64,000 nucleotides of DNA from positions 96,001 to 160,000 of IMG/VR virus record IMGVR_UViG_3300021255_005861; one strand, written 5' to 3'. This DNA comes from a virus (taxonomy: Duplodnaviria; Caudoviricetes). The notes beneath the pieces were generated by a model. The model was not told where the DNA came from. It made no database searches and saw only the letters and a list, made by a program, of their open reading frames with translations. The position numbers and the translations under genes are program-made. Positions 1 to 9,827 of this stretch are shown piece by piece. Position 1 is the stretch's first letter; each line of letters starts with the position of its first letter.

Positions 1-1803
1 CCCGAAAAGTACAAGGAGTCCGGGAGCGAGACGTACAAGACGATAAGCGTAGAGATAAACTCCAAGTACACCAAGCCGTCTGGTGGCATCCCGAAATCCG
101 ACCTTGCGAGTGCCGTGCAGGCAAGCCTCGTCAACAACGTCACGCTTGGTAACGGCGAGGCGCTGGCGATAACGTTCCCGTATTCGTTGAGAACCGGGCG
201 AAGCACGGCTCTCGTATTGGTGTCGGGCAATAACTCCAAGTACAGCCTTGTAGAGATAGGGTGGTTCAAGTCCGCTAACACAGCCATAGCGACAAACCGC
301 ATCTACACCCACGTACTCGCGAGCAGGGATTCCGAACGTGACAGCGTGCCCGCAATTTACGTGGACTACGGGACGTCCGAGTCCGGTTGCGCCATTTATC
401 TCGGCTTGAATAATAGCGAATGGACCACGCAGATGTCGGTGTTGCTGAACTGCGAGAACGCAGGTAGCGTTGCCATTGGTGCGGTAAGCCCTGCGACGGC
501 ATCCTCCGCAACTGACATAAGCGGTAATATGGTGTGGAACGTGGACAGCCGTCGGGTGCTGGGTACGTTGTCATCGTCGTCGTGGAGCGGTGACGACACC
601 AACATTCCTACGCGCGGGGCCGTGGAAGAGAAGATTTCGGATGCGATGAGCGGTGAACTCGGCGGGTGGCTTGGGGTGTTCACGGTTGCCGCGGCCAACT
701 ACAAATGCGCGGCAAAGAACTTCAAGAAGGGCGACTGGATGACGGTCAGCGAGGCTGGTACGCTCACGTATTGGCCTCAGAACGGGAGCACGTCCACAAC
801 GCTCGCCGTGGCCGCGAACAGCGACGTGTACTGGACCAGCGACGGATACCTACAAGTCAAGCCCTCTACGGCTGTTCAAGTATACCCCGTTACCAGCCTT
901 TCGGACTGGAATACGCTCACTAGCACCGGGCTGTATCAAGTTGCATCGCAGGCTAGCAACGTGCAGAACTCTCCTGCAGACGGAGTGACGGGCATCAGTT
1001 GCCTCGTAAGCGCATCCGGCGGAAAGGTGCTGCAGATGGCGCAGACCAACTCGACGATATTCTACAGGGCTTACGTCACGGGAAACTGGAGCGCATGGCG
1101 AGACGTGAAAAGTGCGGAGAGCGCAACGAATGCCGTCAACTATATGACGAATGGGCAGCCGTATGGTATTGATACGAGATTCCGCGAATTGCAGACTGCG
1201 ATAGGGAACACGATAAATACATGGATGCTCGTCAACAACTCTAATAATTGGGTCAAGTACAACGCGTATACTGGTACTAGCTACGACTCGGGGACACTCC
1301 AGTCGTCGGTGCTTATAAACGAGATTGTCTATGCCGCTGGAAATACAACTGAACTAGACCTACGTATAGGCATAGGAAGTATTACGGACGACGAGAAATT
1401 TGCGATGTTTCCTCCTTTTGGATATTGCGGTATTAACGGAAGTGGTGTAGAACTTCGTAGGGCTTGGAAGCGTTTTGTGCGCTACCGTATAACGATATAC
1501 AACACGAGCGATTCCACCGCCGCATTGTATGCGATATGCGGTGGCCGCGCGACTGATACTAGGGCAGGCTATTGGAGAAGAGGCGCGGTAGTTGTTGACT
1601 ATACGGAATATTTAACCCCAAATACAGACCCTAGAGGATGGTCTGTAGGCTGGTTGAACAAGGTCCAGTTCGCCACGCTATTGGCGCACAAGTGGGGAAC
1701 ATGGGAAGTCTGGTGGTATCGCGATGGGCCTGAAAATGACCCGAATTTTTCAAGCTACGACTACATGTTCATCACTACAATCAAGGCACCTAGTATAATT
1801 TAA
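1..1803 (+). CDS. Tail fibre / receptor-binding protein, 5'-truncated by the window edge
   Basis: Frame is open from base 1; KYTKPSGGIPKSDL motif and knob-like segment DWNTLTSTGLY...IFYR...NWSAW; Ser/Thr/Gly-rich. Confidence 0.7.
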   Translation, partial: PEKYKESGSETYKTISVEINSKYTKPSGGIPKSDLASAVQASLVNNVTLGNGEALAITFPYSLRTGRSTALVLVSGNNSKYSLVEIGWFKSANTAIATNRIYTHVLASRDSERDSVPAIYVDYGTSESGCAIYLGLNNSEWTTQMSVLLNCENAGSVAIGAVSPATASSATDISGNMVWNVDSRRVLGTLSSSSWSGDDTNIPTRGAVEEKISDAMSGELGGWLGVFTVAAANYKCAAKNFKKGDWMTVSEAGTLTYWPQNGSTSTTLAVAANSDVYWTSDGYLQVKPSTAVQVYPVTSLSDWNTLTSTGLYQVASQASNVQNSPADGVTGISCLVSASGGKVLQMAQTNSTIFYRAYVTGNWSAWRDVKSAESATNAVNYMTNGQPYGIDTRFRELQTAIGNTINTWMLVNNSNNWVKYNAYTGTSYDSGTLQSSVLINEIVYAAGNTTELDLRIGIGSITDDEKFAMFPPFGYCGINGSGVELRRAWKRFVRYRITIYNTSDSTAALYAICGGRATDTRAGYWRRGAVVVDYTEYLTPNTDPRGWSVGWLNKVQFATLLAHKWGTWEVWWYRDGPENDPNFSSYDYMFITTIKAPSII

Positions 1804-1851
1804 CGACTCGGGCAAGAAATCCCACTCATCTTTAGCGTGTGGGTAGTTCAT
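1804..1851 (+). mobile_element. Miniature IS200/IS605 end remnant (single hairpin)
   Basis: ggcaagaaatcccactcatctttagcgtgtgggtagttca resembles the CTTTAG-loop end hairpins of the TnpB elements at 18245-19625 and 32640-34006. Confidence 0.55.
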
Positions 1852-1863
1852 CGGAGATAACTT

Positions 1864-2061
1864 ATGGGCAGCAATATAGCAAAATGGATACGCATGATGC
1901 GCAAGACCAATCCAAAAGCCTCTATCGTCCCTTCCTTCAACGAGGCAGACTCCGGCAAGGTGCTCGCCGCAGGGAAGGACGGGGAGCCCACGTGGGCGGA
2001 CTGCGAAGGCGGGGTACCGCTGGAGGACGGCGAGTCCATCATCGTGTCCAAGGAAGAGTAG
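1864..2061 (+). CDS. Hypothetical protein
   Basis: ORF abuts the next gene. Confidence 0.55.
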   Translation: MGSNIAKWIRMMRKTNPKASIVPSFNEADSGKVLAAGKDGEPTWADCEGGVPLEDGESIIVSKEE

Positions 2062-3900
2062 ATGTCTACGAGAGAACGGGTACTGCAACGGGTGCGGGAA
2101 CTACGAGCCCAGCATTTCCACCCGTCGCGCCTTACTGACGGCGACCGATTCCTGTTGGAGCGCCTAACTACACTGCATGGCTACCGCACCTTCTACACGG
2201 GAACCCCGCAGGGCGAACTCTTCATACACTGGTTCTACCGCGACCGCTCCGAGGACCGCCTGTCCCGCTGCGAGATATTTCACTTGAACATGCTCCGCTA
2301 CTTCAACGTGATGGACAAGGTGGAAGCCATACATATCCGTTGTGCAACGACACAGGGAAAGACCCGCGCGATGGAGCAGGCGATATCTATTATCTCCGAG
2401 GGTCACGCGTCCGTGGACTTCCAGTTAGTGACGCCCAAGCGCTCGTGGGAACACGACACCTTCAAGGAGTGCGTCGAGTACGCCGTGTCCTCGGGCAAGT
2501 TCGTATACTACATCCACTTCAAAGGCGCCTCCCGCATTTCTGATCCAACCCTGGGCATACCCGGCAGGATACTGAACCACTGCTCCGAACTGGACCTGCT
2601 CTATTGGAACTACCTCATGTACCTTGCGATGTTCAACGCCCCCGACGGCGTGAAGGCCATAGGCCCGCTCCTGCACAAGGGAATGAACAAGACGTACAAG
2701 AACAGGGACAAGTCGTGGTCGCAACTGTGCACGGGGGCTCAGGTGTTCCACTACTCAGGCAGTTTCCAGGCCTTCTCCGGCAACTACATCCGCGAGTGCC
2801 TCTCCGCATGCGGTATGGCAGACCGTCCTGTAAGGGACGCCAGGCTGTGGGTCAACGACCCGTATACGGTAGAGATGTTTCTCAGCCTCGTAGCCTTGCG
2901 GAAGGACGTGTATTCGCTAGACGTCCCCTATACGGCCACCAACGGGATATACGCCTGTTACACGAAACACAAGATTCCGAAGTATGAGGCGGCGTTTAAA
3001 AAATTATTTGCAAGTATTTGTATTGCTAATTGGTCTTATAAGAATATTGGTGGAACTGAAACGTTTAACTATGCTTTGGCAACGGCCTTAAAACAATTAG
3101 GGTATTTCGTTTGTTATTATTCGCCTAATATGGGTGTTGACGGGCTTACAGAAAAGGAATTGGTTGCCGCGGGTATTACCCCTTATAGGGGCGAACCGCT
3201 TCTTTGTTGCTTTGCTAATCAAAATGTCGGTGTGCATTTTTTGGGGAAATGCCCTGTTATACAGACGTGTCATTCTGCAATAATAGGCCCCGAACGGCCT
3301 ATTCGTAATATGAATGCTTACGTATCTATTACGGAAGAAGTTTCGGACTACTTGGATAAACTTGGATATAAGTCTGTACAGATTAGAAACGGTGTTGATT
3401 TGGAGCGGTTTAATTCCCGGAAACCTTTGCGTGCTATACCCCGAGTTCTTTCTATTTGTCAAGGCGATGACGCTTTATTGCAGGAAGCCTGTTCTCGTTT
3501 GGGGTGGTCTTTCGTGAATGTTCCAAAATCTTCGGATGCTCGTATATGGCACATAGAGGATTTGATAAACGACGCTGATATCGTTGTAGGCATAGGACGC
3601 TCGCTCTACGATGCCATGGCGTGCGGACGTGTTTGTATTTCGTGGGATAACCGTCCGCTGAACCCGTATACGGGTTGCGGATACGTGACGGCTGAACGCT
3701 GGCATGACTACGCCCGCACGAACTTCACGGGGAGAGGATATCCGAGGATAGACACGGTAGATGGGCTTATACGAGAGTTATGTAAGTACCGCCCCGCGGA
3801 CGGGGTTACGATGCGGGTATTCGCCGAGCGGGAGCTGGACATGCGCAGGAACGTGCTGAAGTACTTGGCGTTGGCCGGGATAGAAATAAGCAAAAAGTAA
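2062..3900 (+). CDS. Two-domain protein with C-terminal GT-B (GT4-like) glycosyltransferase
   Basis: GGTETF, NGVDLERF and DIVVGIGRSLYDAMACG motifs; N-terminal YIHFKG...FHYSGSF domain. Confidence 0.7.
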   Translation: MSTRERVLQRVRELRAQHFHPSRLTDGDRFLLERLTTLHGYRTFYTGTPQGELFIHWFYRDRSEDRLSRCEIFHLNMLRYFNVMDKVEAIHIRCATTQGKTRAMEQAISIISEGHASVDFQLVTPKRSWEHDTFKECVEYAVSSGKFVYYIHFKGASRISDPTLGIPGRILNHCSELDLLYWNYLMYLAMFNAPDGVKAIGPLLHKGMNKTYKNRDKSWSQLCTGAQVFHYSGSFQAFSGNYIRECLSACGMADRPVRDARLWVNDPYTVEMFLSLVALRKDVYSLDVPYTATNGIYACYTKHKIPKYEAAFKKLFASICIANWSYKNIGGTETFNYALATALKQLGYFVCYYSPNMGVDGLTEKELVAAGITPYRGEPLLCCFANQNVGVHFLGKCPVIQTCHSAIIGPERPIRNMNAYVSITEEVSDYLDKLGYKSVQIRNGVDLERFNSRKPLRAIPRVLSICQGDDALLQEACSRLGWSFVNVPKSSDARIWHIEDLINDADIVVGIGRSLYDAMACGRVCISWDNRPLNPYTGCGYVTAERWHDYARTNFTGRGYPRIDTVDGLIRELCKYRPADGVTMRVFAERELDMRRNVLKYLALAGIEISKK

Positions 3901-3957
3901 GTTTACTCTTGTTCTTACAAAATGTATATTTAAGGTAAGAAAAATAGGAGTTAGATT

Positions 3958-4407
3958 ATGCCTTTGAAGATTAAGGTACATAGAACTAATGAGGATTTCG
4001 TCTGCGAGATGGCGAACAAATGGCAGGAGGAAACCGGCCTGCCCATGAACATCTGGATAGACGAGTCCCAGTGGTACCTGCAGGGAGGGCACTCCAAGCG
4101 CCTCAAGTTCCAGCTAGATACATCCGATCGCCTAAAGAAGGACGAACTTGGCGAGATGGACATGGACGGTAACATATGGCCTAAGAAACTCAAGACTCCG
4201 AACCTGCGGGAGAAGGATCTTTCGCAACTGCGGAACTTTGTACACAATAACCGCTACGCCCTCGAGTACGTGGCGGACATGGACGTACGACTTTACCAGA
4301 TTTGGAATGACCTCATCAAGGGTGGCAAGCGTGCAACGGACGAGCAGATAGCGGAACTGAACCGTAAGGTGGACGCCGTGCTAGCGAAGAACAGGAGGAA
4401 GAAATGA
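3958..4407 (+). CDS. DUF4160-like protein with KIKV leader, putative internal head protein
   Basis: EMAN..TGLPMNIWID..H..RLKF; paralog of the next gene. Confidence 0.5.
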   Translation: MPLKIKVHRTNEDFVCEMANKWQEETGLPMNIWIDESQWYLQGGHSKRLKFQLDTSDRLKKDELGEMDMDGNIWPKKLKTPNLREKDLSQLRNFVHNNRYALEYVADMDVRLYQIWNDLIKGGKRATDEQIAELNRKVDAVLAKNRRKK

Positions 4408-4856
4408 CTATTAAGATAAGAGTTAATGAAAGAATATCCGAGGACGCTCTCATGGAGATGGCTACCCTGCGCCCCAAGAAGTCCGGCCTGCCCGTTGTGC
4501 TCTACATCGACGACTCGGGCAGCTACATCCGTGGCAAGCACGCACCCCGTATCAAGTTCGAGCTCAGCCGAACATCCTCACCTAATACTCGTTCCCACGC
4601 AAGCATGGCGACGATGGATTTCGACGGCGAGGTTATTACGGGCAAGCATCCGCCGAAGGCTTCCGACCAGATCACGAACTCGGAAATCGGGGAAATCCGG
4701 AATTTTGTTAAGAACAACCGCGAGGCGCTACAGCTAGTGGCTGACGAGCGCATCGACTATGACGACTTCGTGCCCATAATGATCCGCGGGGGCAAGCCCG
4801 CCACGGAACAGGAACTGCAGGAACTCTCTGGGAAACTCAAGGAACTCACGGAATAG
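4404..4856 (+). CDS. DUF4160-like protein with KIRVNE leader, paralog of 3958-4407
   Basis: EMAT..SGLPVVLYID..HAPRIKF; ATGA overlap with the upstream gene. Confidence 0.5.
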   Translation: MTIKIRVNERISEDALMEMATLRPKKSGLPVVLYIDDSGSYIRGKHAPRIKFELSRTSSPNTRSHASMATMDFDGEVITGKHPPKASDQITNSEIGEIRNFVKNNREALQLVADERIDYDDFVPIMIRGGKPATEQELQELSGKLKELTE

Positions 4857-4938
4857 ATAAGGAGGTATAATAAAAATTTAAATTTTTATATGAAAATAGT
4901 TGCATCTTAATGAAATTTTATATATATTAAACATAGTT

Positions 4939-5517
4939 ATGAAGCAAGAGTTAAAAATAAGTGAATACGCTAAAAAGGTACGATGCTGTACCCGCACAGT
5001 ATGGAATAAGATATATGCCCATACGATAGATGCCCGTAAGACCGAAAACGGGTGGCGTATTTTTGTTGACGATGGTATCGCAGAGCCTAAATATGCCGTA
5101 TATGCTAGGGTTTCTTCCGCAGAGAACAAGGACAACCTGGAACGGCAGAAACAGCGTTTATTGGACTTTTGCGCAGCTAAGGGATGGCCCGTAGAGAAAT
5201 CCGTCGAAGAGGTTGGATCGGGCTTGAATGACGAACGAAAGAAACTTGCCAAGCTGCTTGCTGACGAGACAATAACGCATATTGTTGTCGAGCACAAGGA
5301 TAGGTTCTCCCGTTTCGGGTTTCGTTATGTAGAACAGCTCCTAAAACAACAAGGCCGCTGTATCGTGGTAATTAACGAGCAGGACAATGAACGGGATGAC
5401 TTGATGGAAGATTTTGTATCTATTATTACGTCGTTTACGGCACGTCTCTATGGCAGGAGACGCTCCCGTAGAAGGACTGAAAAACTTATAGAGGAACTGA
5501 AGAAGGATGATGCCTAG
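4939..5517 (+). CDS. tnpA: IS607 serine recombinase transposase
   Basis: N-terminal HTH, YARVSS catalytic motif, EHKDRFSRFGF. Confidence 0.92.
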   Translation: MKQELKISEYAKKVRCCTRTVWNKIYAHTIDARKTENGWRIFVDDGIAEPKYAVYARVSSAENKDNLERQKQRLLDFCAAKGWPVEKSVEEVGSGLNDERKKLAKLLADETITHIVVEHKDRFSRFGFRYVEQLLKQQGRCIVVINEQDNERDDLMEDFVSIITSFTARLYGRRRSRRRTEKLIEELKKDDA

Positions 5518-6814
5518 AACAGACAAGAATGTGTACGCCTGCAGCTACTCGTTGCCTTTCTATGGCAACGGTAAGTTGCTATGCGAGATGCACAAGGCGA
5601 AATCCCTCTACAATGCCACCTTATGGTACTATCGACAAGCACTTGATGAACACCACCTAGCGAAGGCGGAAGGGCGAAATCCGCTCGTAGAATATCCGAA
5701 TAATTTTGAACTAGAACATAAATTTAGGGAAGAATACCAGGTGAACTTTTTCAGCCTGCCCCAGAAGGTAAGCCAACAGGTTCTACGCGACGTGCAGTCC
5801 GATTGGGCATCTTACGTCGCCCACGTAGTCCGAAACAGGGCATATCCCGAAGATTCTCCCGAACGCAAGGAAAAGATAAACCCACCTAGATACAAGAAGA
5901 AGGACGGGTACGGACGTCTCCGGTATACGATTCAGGCGATATCCTTCAAGAAGTATCCTGGAAAGGCGTGCCCTAGCGGCTTAGATATTGGGTTAGACAT
6001 ACCTCCATTCATAGACCCAAAAAGAATCCAGCAACTCATAATAGAACCCGATGGTGCGGACTATATCCGAGTGACATTTATCTATAGGGTAGACCTTGCT
6101 GAAGAACGAGAGGACAATGGACGGGTAATGGGTATTGACTTGGGCGTAAACAATCTTGCCACATGCGGTACGAATGTAGGCCGGGGCTTGATTATTGACG
6201 GCAAGCCCTTGAAGTCAATGAACCAGTACTTTAACAAGAAACTTGCAAAGATGAAGTCCGATAACGATGCGTTACTGGACAAGGAACTGAAAAGGAAGGT
6301 AGAGACACAAAGACATCACTGTACAAGGAATATCGAACGGCTGTACAGGAAGCGCAGAAACAAAGTTAAGGATTATCTGCACAAGGCATCCTGCTGCATA
6401 TTCGACTATGTAGCATCCAATGACATCACCACGATAGTGGTCGGAAAGAATGTAGGTTGGAAGCAAGAGTGCGATATGGGTGCCCGCAATAACCAGACCT
6501 TTGTACAGATCCCGCATGCCAAGTTCATAGATATCCTTGCCTATAAGGCCCGTGCACATGGGATAATGCTCGTTACTACGGAGGAGTCATACACATCCAA
6601 GTGTTCCTTCATAGACAACGAGGAAATGTGCCATCACGAGCAGTATATGGGAAAGCGTATAAAGCGCGGGTTGTTCCGTACCAAGGAAGGCAGACTGATA
6701 AATGCCGACTTGAACGGGGCGCTCAATATCATAAGAAAAGTAGTCCCCAACGCATTTGCCGAGGGGATAGAGGCGGTTGTAGTTCCGCCAACACGTACCC
6801 TAGTGGCTGCGTGA
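5507..6814 (+). CDS. tnpB: IS607 TnpB RNA-guided nuclease (rearranged RuvC-II)
   Basis: GIDLGVNN, IVVGKN.GWKQ, EESYTSK, NADLNGALNI. Confidence 0.9.
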   Translation: MMPRTDKNVYACSYSLPFYGNGKLLCEMHKAKSLYNATLWYYRQALDEHHLAKAEGRNPLVEYPNNFELEHKFREEYQVNFFSLPQKVSQQVLRDVQSDWASYVAHVVRNRAYPEDSPERKEKINPPRYKKKDGYGRLRYTIQAISFKKYPGKACPSGLDIGLDIPPFIDPKRIQQLIIEPDGADYIRVTFIYRVDLAEEREDNGRVMGIDLGVNNLATCGTNVGRGLIIDGKPLKSMNQYFNKKLAKMKSDNDALLDKELKRKVETQRHHCTRNIERLYRKRRNKVKDYLHKASCCIFDYVASNDITTIVVGKNVGWKQECDMGARNNQTFVQIPHAKFIDILAYKARAHGIMLVTTEESYTSKCSFIDNEEMCHHEQYMGKRIKRGLFRTKEGRLINADLNGALNIIRKVVPNAFAEGIEAVVVPPTRTLVAA

Positions 6815-6852
6815 CTAACCTGTTTCATTGTTTTGCATTGAAATTGGAAACT

Positions 6853-7248
6853 ATGCACATCCTCATACAGGTGAATGCGGATGAGCACCATATCGGTAAC
6901 CCCTACTTCAAGGTCTATAACGATGCTTCCTACGGAACGGCTACGGCGATGAACCGAGTATCGTTCAACGCCCCCGAATATATAAGGCATACCACCTACG
7001 GCAAGAACAGGTGGTTCCTGAACTCCAAGGAGAAGCGGAATCCAATCGCCTTGCTGAACGCCCCGTCCGACCACATCGACCGGCGAGACACGTCATGGGA
7101 ATATACGAACTGGGAATGGGCCATTATTCAGTACAACAATGAAATCTGCGCCGTGGGCGAGAAGGACACTGTAGAGGGCAGGCTGAAGGGTAAGGCGCTC
7201 TCTATAGACCTATCGATGCCGGACTATCTAGGATTGCCCCGGAAATAA
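6853..7248 (+). CDS. Hypothetical phage protein, possibly missing its N-terminus because of the IS
   Basis: IQVN..HIGNPYFKVYN segment; start codon lies in the IS right end. Confidence 0.5.
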   Translation: MHILIQVNADEHHIGNPYFKVYNDASYGTATAMNRVSFNAPEYIRHTTYGKNRWFLNSKEKRNPIALLNAPSDHIDRRDTSWEYTNWEWAIIQYNNEICAVGEKDTVEGRLKGKALSIDLSMPDYLGLPRK

Positions 7249-7288
7249 GAATGTTGCACGGGGCACCTAAAAAACCTATATTTAGGAC

Positions 7289-7819
7289 ATGAACTTCGAC
7301 CTAGGCACATCGGCGCTCCGCCGCGCCCTCGCACCCCGCACCTACACCCTGCGCTGCAAGGTGTCCGAGGCAGGCTCTCCCCTCAAGGTGCACTGCGTAC
7401 TCAACGCAAAGAAGGAAATCGCCCTTGACTTCTGGGCCAAGCCCCTCCTCTCCCAGTCCTACTCCTACGAGGTGGACGACGAGGTCATCGTGGAAGTCCG
7501 CTCGCTCTGCGAGGCGTACGTCCTCGGGCTCGCGTCCGAACTTTCCGGCACGGACACCGACCAAGAGTTCTACGTCCGGCTGGGCAAGAACATCCTCAAG
7601 GGGCGCAAGGACGGGACGACATTCGAGTTCACGGGCGGCGACGGGAACTTCAAGTTGGAGCACACGGCGCTCGGAACCAGCGTCACCACGAAGGGCGTGC
7701 TCACGCTCACGGGAGACTTCGTGAATATAGGCGACGCGATGGGCTTCGGGCTGAACTGCAACACGGTATGCCCCCTCCAGGGCATGCACGTGCCCACGCA
7801 GATGAAGACGCAGCTCTAG
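7289..7819 (+). CDS. Putative baseplate spike/hub-like protein
   Basis: Beta-rich with C-terminal CNTVCPLQGMH metal-binding tip; inference only. Confidence 0.35.
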   Translation: MNFDLGTSALRRALAPRTYTLRCKVSEAGSPLKVHCVLNAKKEIALDFWAKPLLSQSYSYEVDDEVIVEVRSLCEAYVLGLASELSGTDTDQEFYVRLGKNILKGRKDGTTFEFTGGDGNFKLEHTALGTSVTTKGVLTLTGDFVNIGDAMGFGLNCNTVCPLQGMHVPTQMKTQL

Positions 7820-8097
7820 CGGAACTTCTGCAGGCGGGCTATGAATCGGCGTGTTCTCTCTGCCGCACGTGACGGGGGTGCGGAATCCCCCCTAGCCTTG
7901 ATTTCCTTACGCATCATTCTCGTTATTTTCTTCAGGTAGGCGTCCTCGTCCACGAGGCGGATCATGCCATTGTTGTCTACGCAGAACTCGTCTATCAAGG
8001 CATCCGGCACTATGACGTCGAACACGTCCGGTGCTGTGAGGTATGTTTCGTACGTGCCGTTCGCTACTGCGTCCTTCACGATTTCGTCTAACGTCAT
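7816..8097 (-). CDS. Hypothetical protein
   Basis: ORF with RBS, co-oriented with 8108-9817. Confidence 0.6.
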   Translation of the reverse strand: MTLDEIVKDAVANGTYETYLTAPDVFDVIVPDALIDEFCVDNNGMIRLVDEDAYLKKITRMMRKEIKARGDSAPPSRAAERTRRFIARLQKFR

Positions 8098-8107
8098 GTG
8101 CTTTCTC

Positions 8108-9817
8108 CTATAGTTGTCCGTAGTCTTCTTTGAATATCCGCAGCACCTCGGGGAACGCTGTCGCCGAACCTATGTCCATGGCTATTTTCAAACTGTCGTA
8201 GTCGTACTTGCCCTTGGTCTCTATGACGAGTTCGTCGAATACGTTCGCGCTACGTAACCCTAACTTTTTCAATATATAGGTTTGCGACATAACCATCAGC
8301 AGGCTCTCGTACTTAAATATTTCCGCATTGCGAAGCGGCGTCCCTATCATCTTCTCGTACTGGGCGCGTGTCTCGTTGTACATGTCTATCAGGAAACCCT
8401 TGTCCTCAGCATGGTAGTCCTCGGTAGAATGGATGACCTGCGACGCGAACAGGCGGTCGGACTTCGTAAAGTATATGCGGTTCAGCAACCGCTTGAACAG
8501 CTTGCGTTCCTCGGGTACGAGGGGTATCCCGAACACGGCCTTGAACAAGTCCCCGTAGATGTCGCGCTGCCCATTGCTCTCGTACTCGCCGTTGCGCAGG
8601 CACATCGTGAGGTGGTGGATGGAGGCACTCCGGTCTATGCGCTCGTAGCCACCTACCCCGAATATCTTGTCCAATACTCGTTTGCGCTCGGACGTTTCCC
8701 AACATCCGTGGTTTTTCTTGTCGTGACTTGATAGCAGGGCTACCTTCGAGTACGCCCTGCAGGATATTCCGTCCACGATGGAGTTGCAGGACGTGTTGAC
8801 CTTGAAGTTGCACCTTACCTTCAGCATATCTTTTACCCAGTTTTCGTCCGGTGCGGAACCCTCAATAATGGTCTTTTTACGCGAATTTTGGCAATTTTCG
8901 GTAATAACTACATCATCCATTGTAGTAATAATGGTGGTGGCGGGTGCCGAGTGGGGCCGGGCGCCCGTAGGGCGCTTTTTTATGGATAGGTTTGAACGTA
9001 GTAAATCATGGTGCATGTGCTCGTATGGTTTGTAGCTGTCATTGTCAGTACCGTACGAGGAAAGCGCGTTGCATGTAGCGATATGGTGCCGGAGGTTGTG
9101 GACGCACGTGGACGAGGTAAGGATGAGGTTGTTAATGTATGCCCTGGCTTCGAGGTTGGAGAGTTGGGAGGGTGGAACGATTGCTGTGACTTTGCGCTTG
9201 GACTTGATCTGTTCCTCGACGTCGCGCTTCCACTTTTCCACGGCTTTGCTGCGCTTGGAGAGGTGCTGAACCTTGCGCGTGGCACGTTCACGTACCTTGT
9301 CCGACCATGAGGTCTTGAGGTACTTGCATCCTTTGGGTAACTTTCCTTCTTCGCGCAGGGTGGCGAGCCATGCCTGGAGCTTATATCGGTTCACGTAGTA
9401 CAGCTTGCACCTGCCCCCGTAGTACGAGTAGTCCCCGTTGTCCGCGAGGACGAGGAACCCGGCCTGCAGGAACCAGTAGAGGGTACGCCGGGTCATTTCG
9501 TGTACGCTCTTCTTGGATATGTTCAAAAGTTCGTCCAGCCCTTCCTGGTCGGTGGCTAGCGGGGTTGGATGGATGACGCCGTCCACGGGGGCGTGCGAGT
9601 GCTCCAGCACCCAGTAGGCGTAGAGGACGCGGTTGTTGAGGGAGTCCCGTCGCATACGGAAGTCGGGCATGTGGAACTCGCGGTGTCGGTAGCGTTCCTT
9701 GAAGCCCAGTTCGGCCATGGTGCGCCCGTCGTTCCACGGGACGGTGTAGTCGTCGTATCGGGATGGTGGCCGCTGCGCCTCGTGTCGTTGCCGTAATTTT
9801 AGTTCTTTGATTACCAT
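8108..9817 (-). CDS. wHTH plus divergent family A polymerase-like palm protein
   Basis: Motif A-like ERIDRSAS, motif B-like RKLFKRLLNRIYF, YES, motif C-like NVFDELV. Confidence 0.5.
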   Translation of the reverse strand: MVIKELKLRQRHEAQRPPSRYDDYTVPWNDGRTMAELGFKERYRHREFHMPDFRMRRDSLNNRVLYAYWVLEHSHAPVDGVIHPTPLATDQEGLDELLNISKKSVHEMTRRTLYWFLQAGFLVLADNGDYSYYGGRCKLYYVNRYKLQAWLATLREEGKLPKGCKYLKTSWSDKVRERATRKVQHLSKRSKAVEKWKRDVEEQIKSKRKVTAIVPPSQLSNLEARAYINNLILTSSTCVHNLRHHIATCNALSSYGTDNDSYKPYEHMHHDLLRSNLSIKKRPTGARPHSAPATTIITTMDDVVITENCQNSRKKTIIEGSAPDENWVKDMLKVRCNFKVNTSCNSIVDGISCRAYSKVALLSSHDKKNHGCWETSERKRVLDKIFGVGGYERIDRSASIHHLTMCLRNGEYESNGQRDIYGDLFKAVFGIPLVPEERKLFKRLLNRIYFTKSDRLFASQVIHSTEDYHAEDKGFLIDMYNETRAQYEKMIGTPLRNAEIFKYESLLMVMSQTYILKKLGLRSANVFDELVIETKGKYDYDSLKIAMDIGSATAFPEVLRIFKEDYGQL

Positions 9818-9827
9818 TATGAACGCA

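Larger units (their letters stand above)
4866..6858 (+). mobile_element. IS607-family element (tnpA + tnpB); ends approximate
   Basis: Overlapping serine recombinase and TnpB genes, AT-rich left end, right end GGAAACTA similar to the element at 61.6-63.5 kb. Confidence 0.8.

Noticed and set aside
1799-1818. 16/20 match to the predicted guide of the 32640-34006 TnpB
   Set aside because: No TTAT motif upstream and mismatches in the seed; the shared ggcargaa is a generic IS end feature.
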